Made by a program: the position numbers and the translations under genes. From Catajapyx aquilonaris (Eukaryota): DNA of 60,093 nt. Position 1 is the stretch's first letter; each line of letters starts with the position of its first letter. The stretch spans positions 1-60,093 of the forward strand of contig KZ538598.1 of NCBI GenBank assembly GCA_000934665.2, given 5' to 3'. The notes below the pieces were generated by a model. It had not been told where the DNA came from. It made no database searches and saw nothing but the letters and a program-made list of their open reading frames with translations. Shown one piece after another: positions 38,133 through 51,161 of this stretch.

Positions 38133-40960
38133 AGTTATGCATGTTTCAGGGGGTCATTTTTGTGCCGGTTAGGTATTTTTGCTAGTTAAAATGGGGCTCA
38201 TTGCATAATATGTATGATTGAATATGCTGGATGAAAAGGTCGAGTTATGGGATGAGTTATTTTAACTACTTGAGTGCGCGTGATCCAAAGTGGATGACAG
38301 TGCAAGCCAGCATAAATTTAAGAGCTTATCACATACCCATGGTGAAAAACACAGTCATGATTGTGTTGATTCTACAAGACAGTGCTACCATTTTATAAGT
38401 TGGGGATGGGGGAGGAGGAGGTCAAAGTGGAAAGGGTTAAGGAATCTTGCTACCTCTCGTCGTATCATGCCAAAATTTCATTAGACCTGCAAGTGAGGCA
38501 ATCACGTCCAGCTGTCCATGAGGATACTAACTACAGCCAGGGCATCTCATTCAGCAGGTTGCAGTGGGTACTGCAGGGCACACCAGGAAATTTTCCTTTG
38601 GTGTTTTTGCATTACAGGCTTACAGGCAGGGGAACATGCTGCTTTTCAGTCAAGAAGTGGAACTCGATTAGCTCATTTGGTTGATTTATTGTTGCACCAA
38701 TTTCATCGAAATCCAACATGCTTTGGGCTGAACAGGAATAATTTGCACAATGTTGTTACGAACATAGATTAATTCAGCAATAATGTTAGGAATTATATGT
38801 CCCAGAATTCCAGGACATAAGGCAGTTGAATCATTCCAGTGAATGGTAGTAATCTCCCACGAGATATCACCAAGAACATGGTCCTGTTTTTTCCCGTCTT
38901 TCCAAATGTCCAGGGCGAACCACACGCATGTACACATCCAGACGGCTTTATGAAGATTGTGAAACTTCAAACCAAAAGAAAGTTCCCTCAGAAGCTATAC
39001 AGTGACAGTTCATTGAATTGGACATGTGTTTCAGATAATAGCTCACGTTTGTATTGATGAAAATCTGGCGCGTCTTCATTTCCAGTCGGTGCATTACCTT
39101 GAAGCATGGTAGTGAGTCATATGCATCATTGCAGTATGCATGAGTCCACACCAGACTTGAAGGTGGGTTCACCCGAGACAGCACCTGTGAAATCCACCAA
39201 TGTGGATGTGAATTCAGTTTTGAAAGACACCGTATAAAATGACACAACAATGGATGCTACCTAATGCATGCGTAAATTACGAGCTATTATTGCAGGTACT
39301 CTTGCTTGTCACCATTGCGTAGGAGACCAGGATTGATTGATTGTGAGTGGCAGAATCCAAAGCAATAAGGCAAATAAATGGGGCTAACAAGATAGCTAGA
39401 TGGGGATAGAGAACAGAATGTCCCTTCCTCTGGCTCCTGCCCTGTGAAGATTTGCCTGGCCTGGGAGACCCTATCTGCGGCATCTAAGCTACTACTGCCA
39501 CAGCTGTCAGGCGTTCCAGTGCATAAATGCCCCACCGCTAACAACACGTGGAGAAACAAGCCAATGGGAGAAAGAGGTAAGGCTTTTTGTAAGGATGAGA
39601 CAACATGGATTCTATCCTAGAAGGCAGACAATTTGCATTTCATTTTAAAAAGAAGTCATTTGCAACTTTGTGGCAAATAATTACGTGCTGGACCCTGGAT
39701 ATATGGTAGAAACTTGTCTACCGAAGGTTCAAATTTTTTTGGCCGTGGTAACAGGATGGATATTTCTTGCATTTTTGCTAAATATAGGGGAACCTGTTTA
39801 GCACAAAAACACAGAATTTTCAGGTCCTTCAGCTTTGGTAACCCAGTGTATACAGTACAGAATTAATGCTGCATTAAAGGCCATTTCACAAAATCTGAAT
39901 GGGAGCAAAGTGCCTCAGGAGAGAAAAGGTGGCTTCCAGAAGAAAGTAGCTGCAGTGTTTAAGTTGTATTTTTTGACCTTTCATGAGGAGGGCTCAAAGG
40001 CCTTGCTATTCCATATATGCTCCTTCATCCAAATACAGACGTACGTAGGGGAGAGCGGGGCACAGTGGTCCTCCTTATTTTTAAAATATAAGAAAGCTAA
40101 ATAACATCTTCATCGGGTACCTCGTGAAACAAGTTACTGGTGTGCATCCTGCCTACATGACAGCCACCTCCGAGATGCCTGTGATCCTGCTGTATCAAGG
40201 GAAAGCTACTTGAATGCTAGTGAAGTTACTTCTAACCCACAGTTTAAATACCATGTCAGGCATAGATGCTTCGCTTGCTCTTTTCTAGGCCTGCGGCCTA
40301 GGGCACCTATTCGGCGCACCATATCGCAGGGGGCGCGGGGGGAGGGTGTAACGTTAGCCCTCCAGCACTCTTCGAACGGCCCGAATAGTGAGAAGTGAGA
40401 ACCTGTCTGTCCTGTGTCTGTCGTTCCATAAAGGGAACTGACTCTGTAAACAACTTCACAGTAGTGCCAACTGGGCAACAATACAGAGAAGGAATGGACA
40501 GTTTCCCTGGCAACCCAACAGAGGAGTTGTTTACACCCCATTGCTCATAAGGAGAACGCAGGCCAATGGGGAGGTGGCGGTAACAATATGCAGCGGACCA
40601 ATCAGAGGGCTCAGTCAAACACCACAAGGATTTTAATATTATAGATGCTTTTGACAGACACTATTATGAAATATACAGTAGTTCATGCACCAAAGGATGG
40701 TGCAGGACAAGATCTATATTCCGGAGAGAAACGAGGTTTCACAGTTTATTTCCACAGGTTGCAGTAATAGAAATCCATTTTTCTTATTTCCTATTTATTT
40801 AGAGGGATTAAATGTAGTACAATAAAAAATTTAAAAAACTTCTTGTGTGAATTATGGGTCCCAATCACTTCCAGGCCACTGTACCCCAGGCATTGGGGTA
40901 CAGTGATCCATTTGCAAAGGACATGGCACTGGCTGTGAATATATTAGTGACGTATGTTAC

Positions 40961-41648
40961 CAGTGCCGTCTTACCGTATGGGCACGATGGGCACTTGCCC
41001 GGGGGCCCCAGGCGTTTAGGGGCCCCATGCGACTAGCTGTAAAAAAAAAATGAAAAAAAATGAAAAAAATGATTTTTTAAAAACCGTACGATCCTATATA
41101 CTAGAGAACTTGTACTCTAAAATTAGAAAATCAAGAGTAATTTGATTCAACTCATAATTAGGACCAGACCTTAGCGGAAAGGAGAGTATAGGCTACTTGT
41201 AGTGCGTAGTAGACTATTATTTTGTCAGTGGCATAGGCAGGCGCCCGAAATGTTTGAAATAACATTAGAAATTACTAATTAATTTGATTTTTTTGGAAAA
41301 AGTGCTACCAAATTCATCAAATTCACACCCATTCAAATCTCCCACCTTCACCTAAGCTCAACCTTGAACCCCCCCCCAAAAAAAAAACTTCGCCTGCGGC
41401 GGGCTTGCTCCCCGCCCTCTACAGCTACGGGCCCTCCCCCGAAATTTTTCTGCCTACGCGCCTGCATTTGTTCTTAATTAACCATTGATACAAATAATTT
41501 CCTCAATATATTTAAAATGCACATACGTACGTATTGTGTTTTATTTTATCGACCACTTACATTTTTATTCTTCTTGAGTGATTGTGTACCAAGGGGCCCC
41601 TCTGCCCTTCTTTGCCCGGGAGCCTGTCTTGCAGTTAAGACGGCACTG
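40961..41648. mobile_element. hAT-type MITE
   Basis: Perfect 13-bp TIRs CAGTGCCGTCTTA / TAAGACGGCACTG and perfect 8-bp TSD TATGTTAC (40953-40960, 41649-41656); an 8-bp TSD with CAG termini is typical of hAT. Confidence 0.9.
41226..41464. mobile_element. Possible degenerate hAT-like MITE nested inside the 40961-41648 element
   Basis: Ends CAGTGGCATAGGCAG ... CTGCCTACGCGCCTG are imperfect inverted repeats; flanks TATTTTGT / CATTTGTT only roughly match. Confidence 0.45.
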
Positions 41649-41663
41649 TATGTTACCAATGAG

Positions 41664-42009
41664 AGGGGAGGCGGAGTGGTGCTGCGGTAACGTATGCGCC
41701 CACGGATGTTAAGGTCCCGGGTTCGATCCCAGCCGGGGACACCCCCTTCATCTCGTGCAGAGTTCAGGGTCACCTCTGGCTTCGTCTCGGGTGGTATTTC
41801 CACAGACTAAACCACCCGGGGGAGTTCACTAAAAATGGCCACAGCGTCAGATGCACTGCACCTTGCACATCCCCTCCTGTCATCCTGCCCGTGGGCCCGG
41901 GCTTTAATTAAATAGGCACCATGTACTGAACAACTCAAAATACAATAAAGGTCCATGCGATATACCCGGGAAGGGGTGAAAGCATTACCCTCAAATTATT
42001 ATTATTATG
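41664..42009 (+). mobile_element. tRNA-derived SINE
   Basis: Pol III A-box-like TGGTGCTGCGG and B-box GGTTCGATCCC in the 5' head, (TTA)n tail, 14-bp TSD ATGTTACCAATGAG at 41650-41663 and 42010-42023. Confidence 0.88.
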
Positions 42010-42791
42010 ATGTTACCAATGAGTTCCTCCACCATGCCTGAAAATATTGGGTGTGTAGATATAACAGGAACACTTATAAAAATTCAAATGTGCAAAGTGG
42101 ACCACTGTGCCCCCTGGTCTCCTCTACCCATTTTACACCATTTGGTTTCACATTAGTGCCAGTGTCAAAATTCAATTTGAATTTATCGATATACTTTTTT
42201 TTGAAAAATTTTATGATAACACAATCTAAACATAAACGTATCACTGCAGCACTTCTGAGTCCAAACTCATGAGCGTGACAGCTCTTTTTTTTGTTCTCCT
42301 TGGTGCATTGTGGTCTATCGATAAATACAGTACCATATTGTTGGTCTCAGGGCGGGGGGGGAAGGGGGGACTTGATTTTGCGAAGTATTGCATAGCATAG
42401 CATAATATTTAAATTTAATATTCAGTGTCTGTTGTCTGAGATGGGGGTGGGACGGGTTGTTTATAGGCTTATTTTTACCAGTTTTAATTTAGTTCATATG
42501 TTGGGTTAGCTTGCGTCTCCCTTCATCGCTGACTACCCCTTATAGGGAAATGTCGTGATGATGATCATTATTATTTCTTGATATAGCTGAAACTTGTGTG
42601 ATGGAACATTTTTGCAGAACAAAGGGATTCTGCTATTCACAGGGTCTCAGCTCTGAAGGCAAGAGCAACAGTCATTGTAGCTTTGACCATATGAATATCT
42701 TTGTTTGATTTAATAATGCAAAAATTAACTACTAATAGGTAGCAACAAGCTTTAAAAGTAGTCTAACAATGAGAGTCCGAGGTCCCATGAA

Positions 42792-43066
42792 CGACTGGTT
42801 GCACTCTGGCACATTTGTGAAGCATCTTATCAGATTTAGTGAATGTTATTCATTGTAACTTGTAAGCAATAATAATGACTTGCCCTAAATCTGATAAGAT
42901 TCTTCATGTGCATGCCAGTTTCACAAGGTCAGATACTTCCAGGATATCAGAATCTTGCCTGGCACAAATTCTTTATTTGACAGATAAAAGAGTTGCATGA
43001 AATCATCAAACAGAAAGATTAGGAAGTGTATGAGATTTTAGTATCTGATCCTGGTGCAACCAGCCC
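42792..43066. mobile_element. Degenerate PIF/Harbinger (Tourist)-like MITE with internal hairpin
   Basis: Ends GACTGGTTGCAC ... GTGCAACCAGCC resemble the TIRs of the 58396-58522 element; internal inverted repeat ATCTTATCAGATTTAG / CTAAATCTGATAAGAT within 42806-42918; TAA follows the right end. Confidence 0.6.
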
Positions 43067-43436
43067 TAAAAGCCTCCCACTACATGTGGAAATAAATCAA
43101 CAATGGGTCTTAAAACTCTGTATGTTAACATGATGATTGAGACTACTAGTCACAGCTACATCAAAAGTTCCAACCTATTGGCATAGGATGTCCAGTTATG
43201 CCTCGTCCTCAGTTTCCTTGGGCCTCCAGTGAACCTAATGAAATCTGTGACCAGTTATTTTGCATGCCCTGGAACATGCTCAAATCTTTCTGGACTGGAG
43301 CATACCACTAAATGTGCGAGGAATGAAGCAAAATATTGCATGTAACCAGGCAATGCTAGTAGCACTACTAGCTCGGTGGCTGCACCCCCATTGTTCTTCC
43401 ACTGGCTTAATGAAATTACTCCAGTTATGCATAATA

Positions 43437-43442
43437 TTTATT
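43437..43442 (-). promoter_or_regulatory. Possible SelT polyadenylation signal (AATAAA on minus)
   Basis: First minus-strand AATAAA noticed downstream of the SECIS. Confidence 0.35.
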
Positions 43443-44011
43443 AACACCAAAAGTAACCTCCTCCGTACTCTTTTATCCCAAAAGAATGCATATACACAAA
43501 TGTCAACTCTGGACCACAGTATTTCGTTCTGTGTGCACATCACCAACATGACTATTGTGATGGCTAACACTCGTCTAGTTTGATTCATTTGAATCCCTGC
43601 AAAAATAATGGAGGTCACAGTCCGTGCACAGGAAAGTCTTATTAATATCATTGCATTTCATAGCCGCAGATAGCAATTGCTCCTTCGAGGTCAGACGCAT
43701 CACTATTCTTCAAGGTGTTCACAGAAGCAGTCAAGTGTCGATGATATAATCAATAAGTTCCTGCACATGGAGTGGAAACTGCTTGGAAAAGCACGTAAAA
43801 TAATTTGAACCCTGACGTGTGAATTGAACATCAAAATGGAATTAATTTGATCATATCACAACCTACTCCCCTCCTAAACAAGTTCGAAACAAAATAGGTT
43901 TACAAGTGTTTTTTTTTCATCTTTTTTTTTTTTTGTAGTTTTTGCCCCTGGTAAATAAAAGTCCTAAATTCTCCACCAAGACAAGCTGCTGCCAAACTGT
44001 ATGAAAAAATT

Positions 44012-44072
44012 ACAACTTCCAGTACCCCCCGGCAGCCTGGACTGCTTTATGGGGGTCCCTTCATACGGTCAT
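44012..44072 (-). promoter_or_regulatory. Type II SECIS element in the SelT 3'UTR
   Basis: RNA: AUGAC-CGU-AUGA(44064-44061)-AGGGACCCCCAU-AAA(44048-44046)-GCAGU-CCAG-GCUGC-C-GGGGGGUACU-GGAA-GUUGU. This gives a UGAN/NGAN quartet, 12 nt from AUGA to the apical AAA, helix II GGGACCCCC/GGGGGUACU, a 5-bp apical mini-stem and helix I AUGAC/GUUGU. Paired by hand. Confidence 0.9.
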
Positions 44073-44102
44073 CTAGCGTGGCAGAAGCTTACCCTGGCAG
44101 AC

Positions 44103-44180
44103 CTGAAAGTAAACCACACAATTGAAATTCACCAAAATTATGCCTGAAATACAGCCGCATGGTTGGAGTTGTAAACTGAC
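44103..44180 (-). other. Predicted 78-nt intron in the SelT 3'UTR, 14 nt after the stop codon
   Basis: Donor AAG|GTCAGT and acceptor GTTTACTTTCAG|; size matches other short introns in this window. Confidence 0.7.
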
Positions 44181-44194
44181 CTTTAGGCTGCTGC

Positions 44195-45056
44195 TCAGAT
44201 GATCTTCCTCTCCGCTTCAGCTTGGAACCTAATGTGGTTGTCTATAATCTGAAACAGCTCGGGCGGATGTGGAATGCGACCTGTTTCCAACTTGGACCAC
44301 ACTGGTACATCTGCAGTGTTCATGAGACGTTGTGTTAGTACGGTTGACCTGAAATGCGCTGTATTATGTTTTTACCGTTAAAGAAGATCTCGAACGCTCC
44401 AGTCGAGACCAGCTGCCCTTCAATGAAGTTGGACATGAAGAAGATCATCAGGCTGGCAAAAAACTTGTTTTCCATAAACCATGCCCACCAATGTGGGGTA
44501 ACAAGGCCTACGGATGTAAAGGGATTGATGCTGGCTACAATGCAGATGATGAGCAGTATTTTGACTACCCCCTGAAAAGAAAAGCATGTCAACACCGCAA
44601 TAGGCTTGTCGTCCCTCACGACGAGTCGGGATTGCAAATCAGCCCGGATCCAACCACACTTACGAGAAACTGTGCTGCGTAGAGGTATGCAGGAGGAGGA
44701 GGATACAAGTCTCCTTCTACACTAACAGCCGGGTACTTCTCGTGTAAAATGGTAGCGTACTGCTCAAACACCTTCTTGTATCCTCACGAGTAGCTGTAAG
44801 TACCCCAGCATTAATGTACTATCAAGTGTGACTCAGCATGATTAGAGTGTCCCCCCCACCATCCATACCAGTAGAGGAACTTGAGCGTGGGCCCCATGAA
44901 CCGGTTGGAGTTGAGCTTGGTGTCTGGTATGGCCTTGATGTGGTCCTTCCCAGGGTCCTCCTGCTGGGAGGTCGGAGTGAAGAAGAAGTCCTTGGCGGTC
45001 AGGGCAGAGAAGACCAGGACGATCCCGAACACTGGCCACCGACCGTAGTCGGCCAT
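44195..45056 (-). CDS. SelT: Selenoprotein T (thioredoxin-like Rdx family, CxxU), ~209 aa, Sec encoded by in-frame TGA at 44784-44786
   Basis: Exons (minus) 45056-44869, 44793-44664, 44571-44376, 44310-44195, all GT-AG and in phase. Translation: hydrophobic N-terminus MADYGRWPVFGIVLVFSAL, LKFLYC-Y-S-U-GYKKVFEQY, VEGDLYPPP, hydrophobic segments, GQLVSTGAFEIFFNDVPVWSKLETGRIP (SelT hallmark). SECIS present in the 3'UTR. Confidence 0.96.
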
Positions 45057-45802
45057 CTTTAGCCCCCAGCTGCCCTCCTGCCTCTGACGTCAGATCCAGA
45101 TGGGATGGGAAGGGCATCTGGCGGCAAGGGAAGGAGAGGAAAAGGAAACCGCGGAAATGGGACAAACAAACGAAACAAATGATCGTCCAACAATCGATCA
45201 ATCGGTTCATTGGGTGCACGTGGCCAACGTACGTATCACACACGTCACTGCATCGGATGCACGTATGTTGACATGCCAAATTATTTTGCAGTGTACAAAT
45301 TGAAATACCTTTTTAGGAATCCTGAGCAAAATGTAAAAGTCATGCCACTATAGGTAAAAACATGCAGGATGAAATAATTTTAAAAAAACGCAAGGTTACA
45401 TTTGCGTCAGTGTATAAAAATACAATTGCTTGCAGGAAACTTAACCTCAACTGTAATTAACATTTTGTGACTAACGCCAGGTGAGAACCTGCTGCTTTTT
45501 TAAAAAAATGGCCGTGAAAGTACCTCGTCTTCAAGTTTTCGGACTGTGATGCAACAGTCCTGCATGACCAAAGTCAGCCCTAGGCATAGCTTATCTGCCC
45601 CCACCCACACACTCCTGGCTGATTTTTAGGTCCGAGATTTGGGGAAATCCGAAATTTGCCTATTTCAAGGCCAAATATCTCGAAAATTGTTAGTTCAACA
45701 AATTTAAAATTTTGGCCATGGATACTCATACTAATAAGTTAGTACTGTGCAAAATCTATAGTGAAATTTCATCTGGGGGTTTGGACTGTTTTATGCCTCT
45801 CC

Positions 45803-45945
45803 AAGGTGAATCGCCCGATGCCCAGACCAGTAAGGGCGAAAGTCGCGTGTAGATCCTGCACAGATCCCCATTGTCCTATGGGGGGAAGGGTGCACGTGAC
45901 TTTCGCCCTTACTGATGGTCTCGGGCATCGGGCAATTTATATCTT
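45803..45945. mobile_element. Short foldback MITE
   Basis: GCCCGATGCCCAGACCAGTAAGGGCGAAAGTCGCGTG pairs with CACGTGACTTTCGCCCTTACTGATGGTCTCGGGCATCGGGC (~45-bp arms). Confidence 0.7.
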
Positions 45946-46029
45946 CGGGCTGCAAATAAACGGTGACGCCATGTACAGTATATAATTACCCGGGGGTGGG
46001 GTGGAGGTGGGGGTCACCGCCGAAAAAAA

Positions 46030-46062
46030 TAAAGGTCGGATACTTTTTGGACAGCCCTCGTA
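46030..46062. mobile_element. Tc1/mariner-like terminal inverted repeat remnant
   Basis: Reverse complement reads TA-CGAGGGCTGTCCAAAAAGTATCCGACC, like mariner TIRs with a TA target; partner end not found. Confidence 0.55.
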
Positions 46063-47705
46063 TACCATACCATCTTCACCGCCGGATGACAATGATAACG
46101 CGTAGTGTTTGTTTACCTCCCACATTTCGCACGTGTCGAATCTGAATTTGGCAGTGGGCCTAGTAGCCCATCAGACGACTTTCTCGCTCAACTTACGAAA
46201 TCGGTCTCATTCTTTTTGCATTTTCCACGTGCAGATAATGGCGAGGTTTCCCCCTTAGTGAAACCGGAGTGAGACGGATACTTTTTTTTATATATAAGCC
46301 TACATACCATATGTCCATCATATCACAAAACAAACATGATGTGTCCATCCAGGAAATGTTGTAACGGTCAAGGAGATGCTCCAGATTTAAAATCTAATAT
46401 TGAAAATTGTTGACGCATCTTTGTATGTGATGTACTGAAGACACATGAAACGTACAAAAAATTGCGCGGACTTGTGGAACGTTCCTTCGTGTGACCGCAC
46501 GTGTATTTCTTGTCTGGGGAACACATCATCTCTGAACTCTGCAGCCTCCAAGGGCATCAAATTAATTCTATTCGAGGCAAGGAAAAGATAAAAAATAAAA
46601 ATGGGCAATTTTAGTACTAGAGCGTTCAACCCTTTTAGTCCTTGATCTCGAGGCAAATTTTTTTTATTTAAAATCACCAACTTGCGCAATTACTTCACTT
46701 ACGCACTATGAAGCGTAGATTTACTAGTCCCAATGCTTACATGCAAATATTTCTATTGCGGAACTATATCGGGAAATATACCGCGGCTTGTTAACACCAT
46801 TAGCCAATGACCTGGAGTAATAGTTCAGTGATTAGAAAACCTTTACCACGTGCAGATTACAACACGATATAATTTCTGCTTTTTTCGTTCTTGTACAACT
46901 AGCAAAATGTCAGGGGCGCCGATTAAATTTGCATACCCCAGTATTTGAATGCCAAATTTTTTTATCTGCACCAGGAAGTGCATCAAATGCAGATTGATGC
47001 ACTGATAGCTGACCAATCATATGTTACATAACGTGATAGTAGTGCGTAGAAGCAGTTTGGGATATGAATTTGGCACGTGCTGCAAGGCTATTGACGTTTT
47101 GTTACAATTTCAGTTCACTATGACTAGTAATCTGCGGAGATAAGATTGAAAGTGTCCTTCTTCTTAACCTTTTTGTGCGTTTCGTACTAGCAGGTCTGTA
47201 AACGTAAATAACGGTTGTGTCAGTACGAGGTCAAAAGGTCAACGTGTCTTGCGGAGAAGACGCGCGTGTCAAAATGAGGCCGAATTTTCGACATGTTTGA
47301 ATCAGATCGGTCCCCATGGAGGTCGCACTAATGACCAAATGACACTGGAAAAAAAATTGCAATATACAGGTTTGTCACGATCATGGCTATAAATGTTACC
47401 TTGAGACAACACGTGTGTGTAGCAGACGTGCGTCATCATTTTTCCCCCCAGACATGTCTAGGTTTATGACCGTTGCAATTAATATGCTCCAAAATTTGGC
47501 GAAATCAATCCACGTGCCATAAAGTGTCAAAATTGAGAGGTGTAAACATAGATGGTTTAGTAAGAGGATTAGATGTAGGGGGGTGGGGGTGGCTGGGCAA
47601 TATATATGCAGATAGTCTGATGAGTTATGCAAGTCCCTCTGGCGGGCGGATATATACGCGGCACTCTCTAATTTGCACTGATTCTGGCCTCAACCCTGGA
47701 AAGAG

Positions 47706-50025
<2,320 letters not shown>

Positions 50026-51161
50026 CATTTAAGATGTAGTGCCAGTGAGTCTCTGGCGTCGTGTCCTATTGTTGTTCTTATGATCTTGCCCGGAATAGTA
50101 ATGCAGCATTGTATTTGTTTTAGTCAACAATAAGATGTGAATTTTGCAGCGTACAGATGTGGCAACTCATATAATTAAATGTTAAATTATGCATGTTTCA
50201 TTAGTGTGGATGAGACATAAAGTCTGCCGGCATCTGAATAGGTCTAATAGTTCAAATGCGAAAGACGTCACTTCACAATCTGTTCGGTTCAGATTTAAAT
50301 AGCACAATCGAGCAAACATGATAAAGCCAGTTACAATCCACTCTTGTCAGACCCTGTGGTTGGCTGTTTCATAAACACTACCTCCAATTTTTATGTTATT
50401 GAGTGTCGGTTCATTGAAAAAGTCAGCGTCCTTGTACACTTGGCATGTTGTCCAAAAAATGTGAGTCGAGCTTATAACCAAAGGTCAACTTTGGCTTCAT
50501 TGTACCTGACATTGCTTTTTTTATGTCACAAGTGGTTAGAGCCTAATTACGGGTTTTGATGCACCCTCTATTTTTCAGGTCGTATCGAAACACATTATTA
50601 AAATTGACTCGAAAATATCATTTTCTTCCATATAAGTTGCACTGTATATAGGCTAAATATTATTGTAACATATTTGATTTTTTTAAAGGCAATGTTAGAC
50701 GTCGTGAAAATAAATGTGCACATTAAATGTATATGAACATTAAATGTGTCTCTGAGAACAACCTATTAGCCTAATAGCGGCTTTGGTTTTTGCAGTAATT
50801 GATTTTACATGTAATAGTAACGTAACCAGCTTTTTAAAGTAACGTACCGTATAGTGACCTGGCCGTGAACTTTACGTAACCCACAGACCTGATTAAACGT
50901 TCGCAAGTAAAAATATGAAATTTGCATAGATAAGATTTTGTTTAGAATATAGCGTAGTAAATAAAATGAAAAATAAATAAATAAATAAATAGCATGGCAT
51001 AATTCAATGTATAGAGCCATCTTAAAAATTATAATGAGGTGACAAGACCTAGCTGTTTTAAAAATGATAGCTATATCAGCGTGACCTCTGCCCTCCCTGT
51101 CCTCAGAGACACATCCTAGGAACTATCCCACAATTCCACGTTTTCAGTTTGGGACTAGAGC

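Larger units (their letters stand above)
40045..42127. mobile_element. Non-autonomous TIR DNA element hosting nested insertions
   Basis: Left end GTAGGGGAGAGCGGGGCACAGTGGTCC versus reverse complement of the right end GTAGAGGAGACCAGGGGGCACAGTGGTCC; no transposase ORF. Confidence 0.65.

Noticed and set aside
38500..39250. Faint hAT-transposase-like words (TCFGLNR, APVKSTNVD)
   Set aside because: Too fragmentary to support without a profile search.
41664..41740. tRNA-like sequence with A and B boxes
   Set aside because: No clean cloverleaf; followed by a body, (TTA)n tail and TSD, so called a SINE head.
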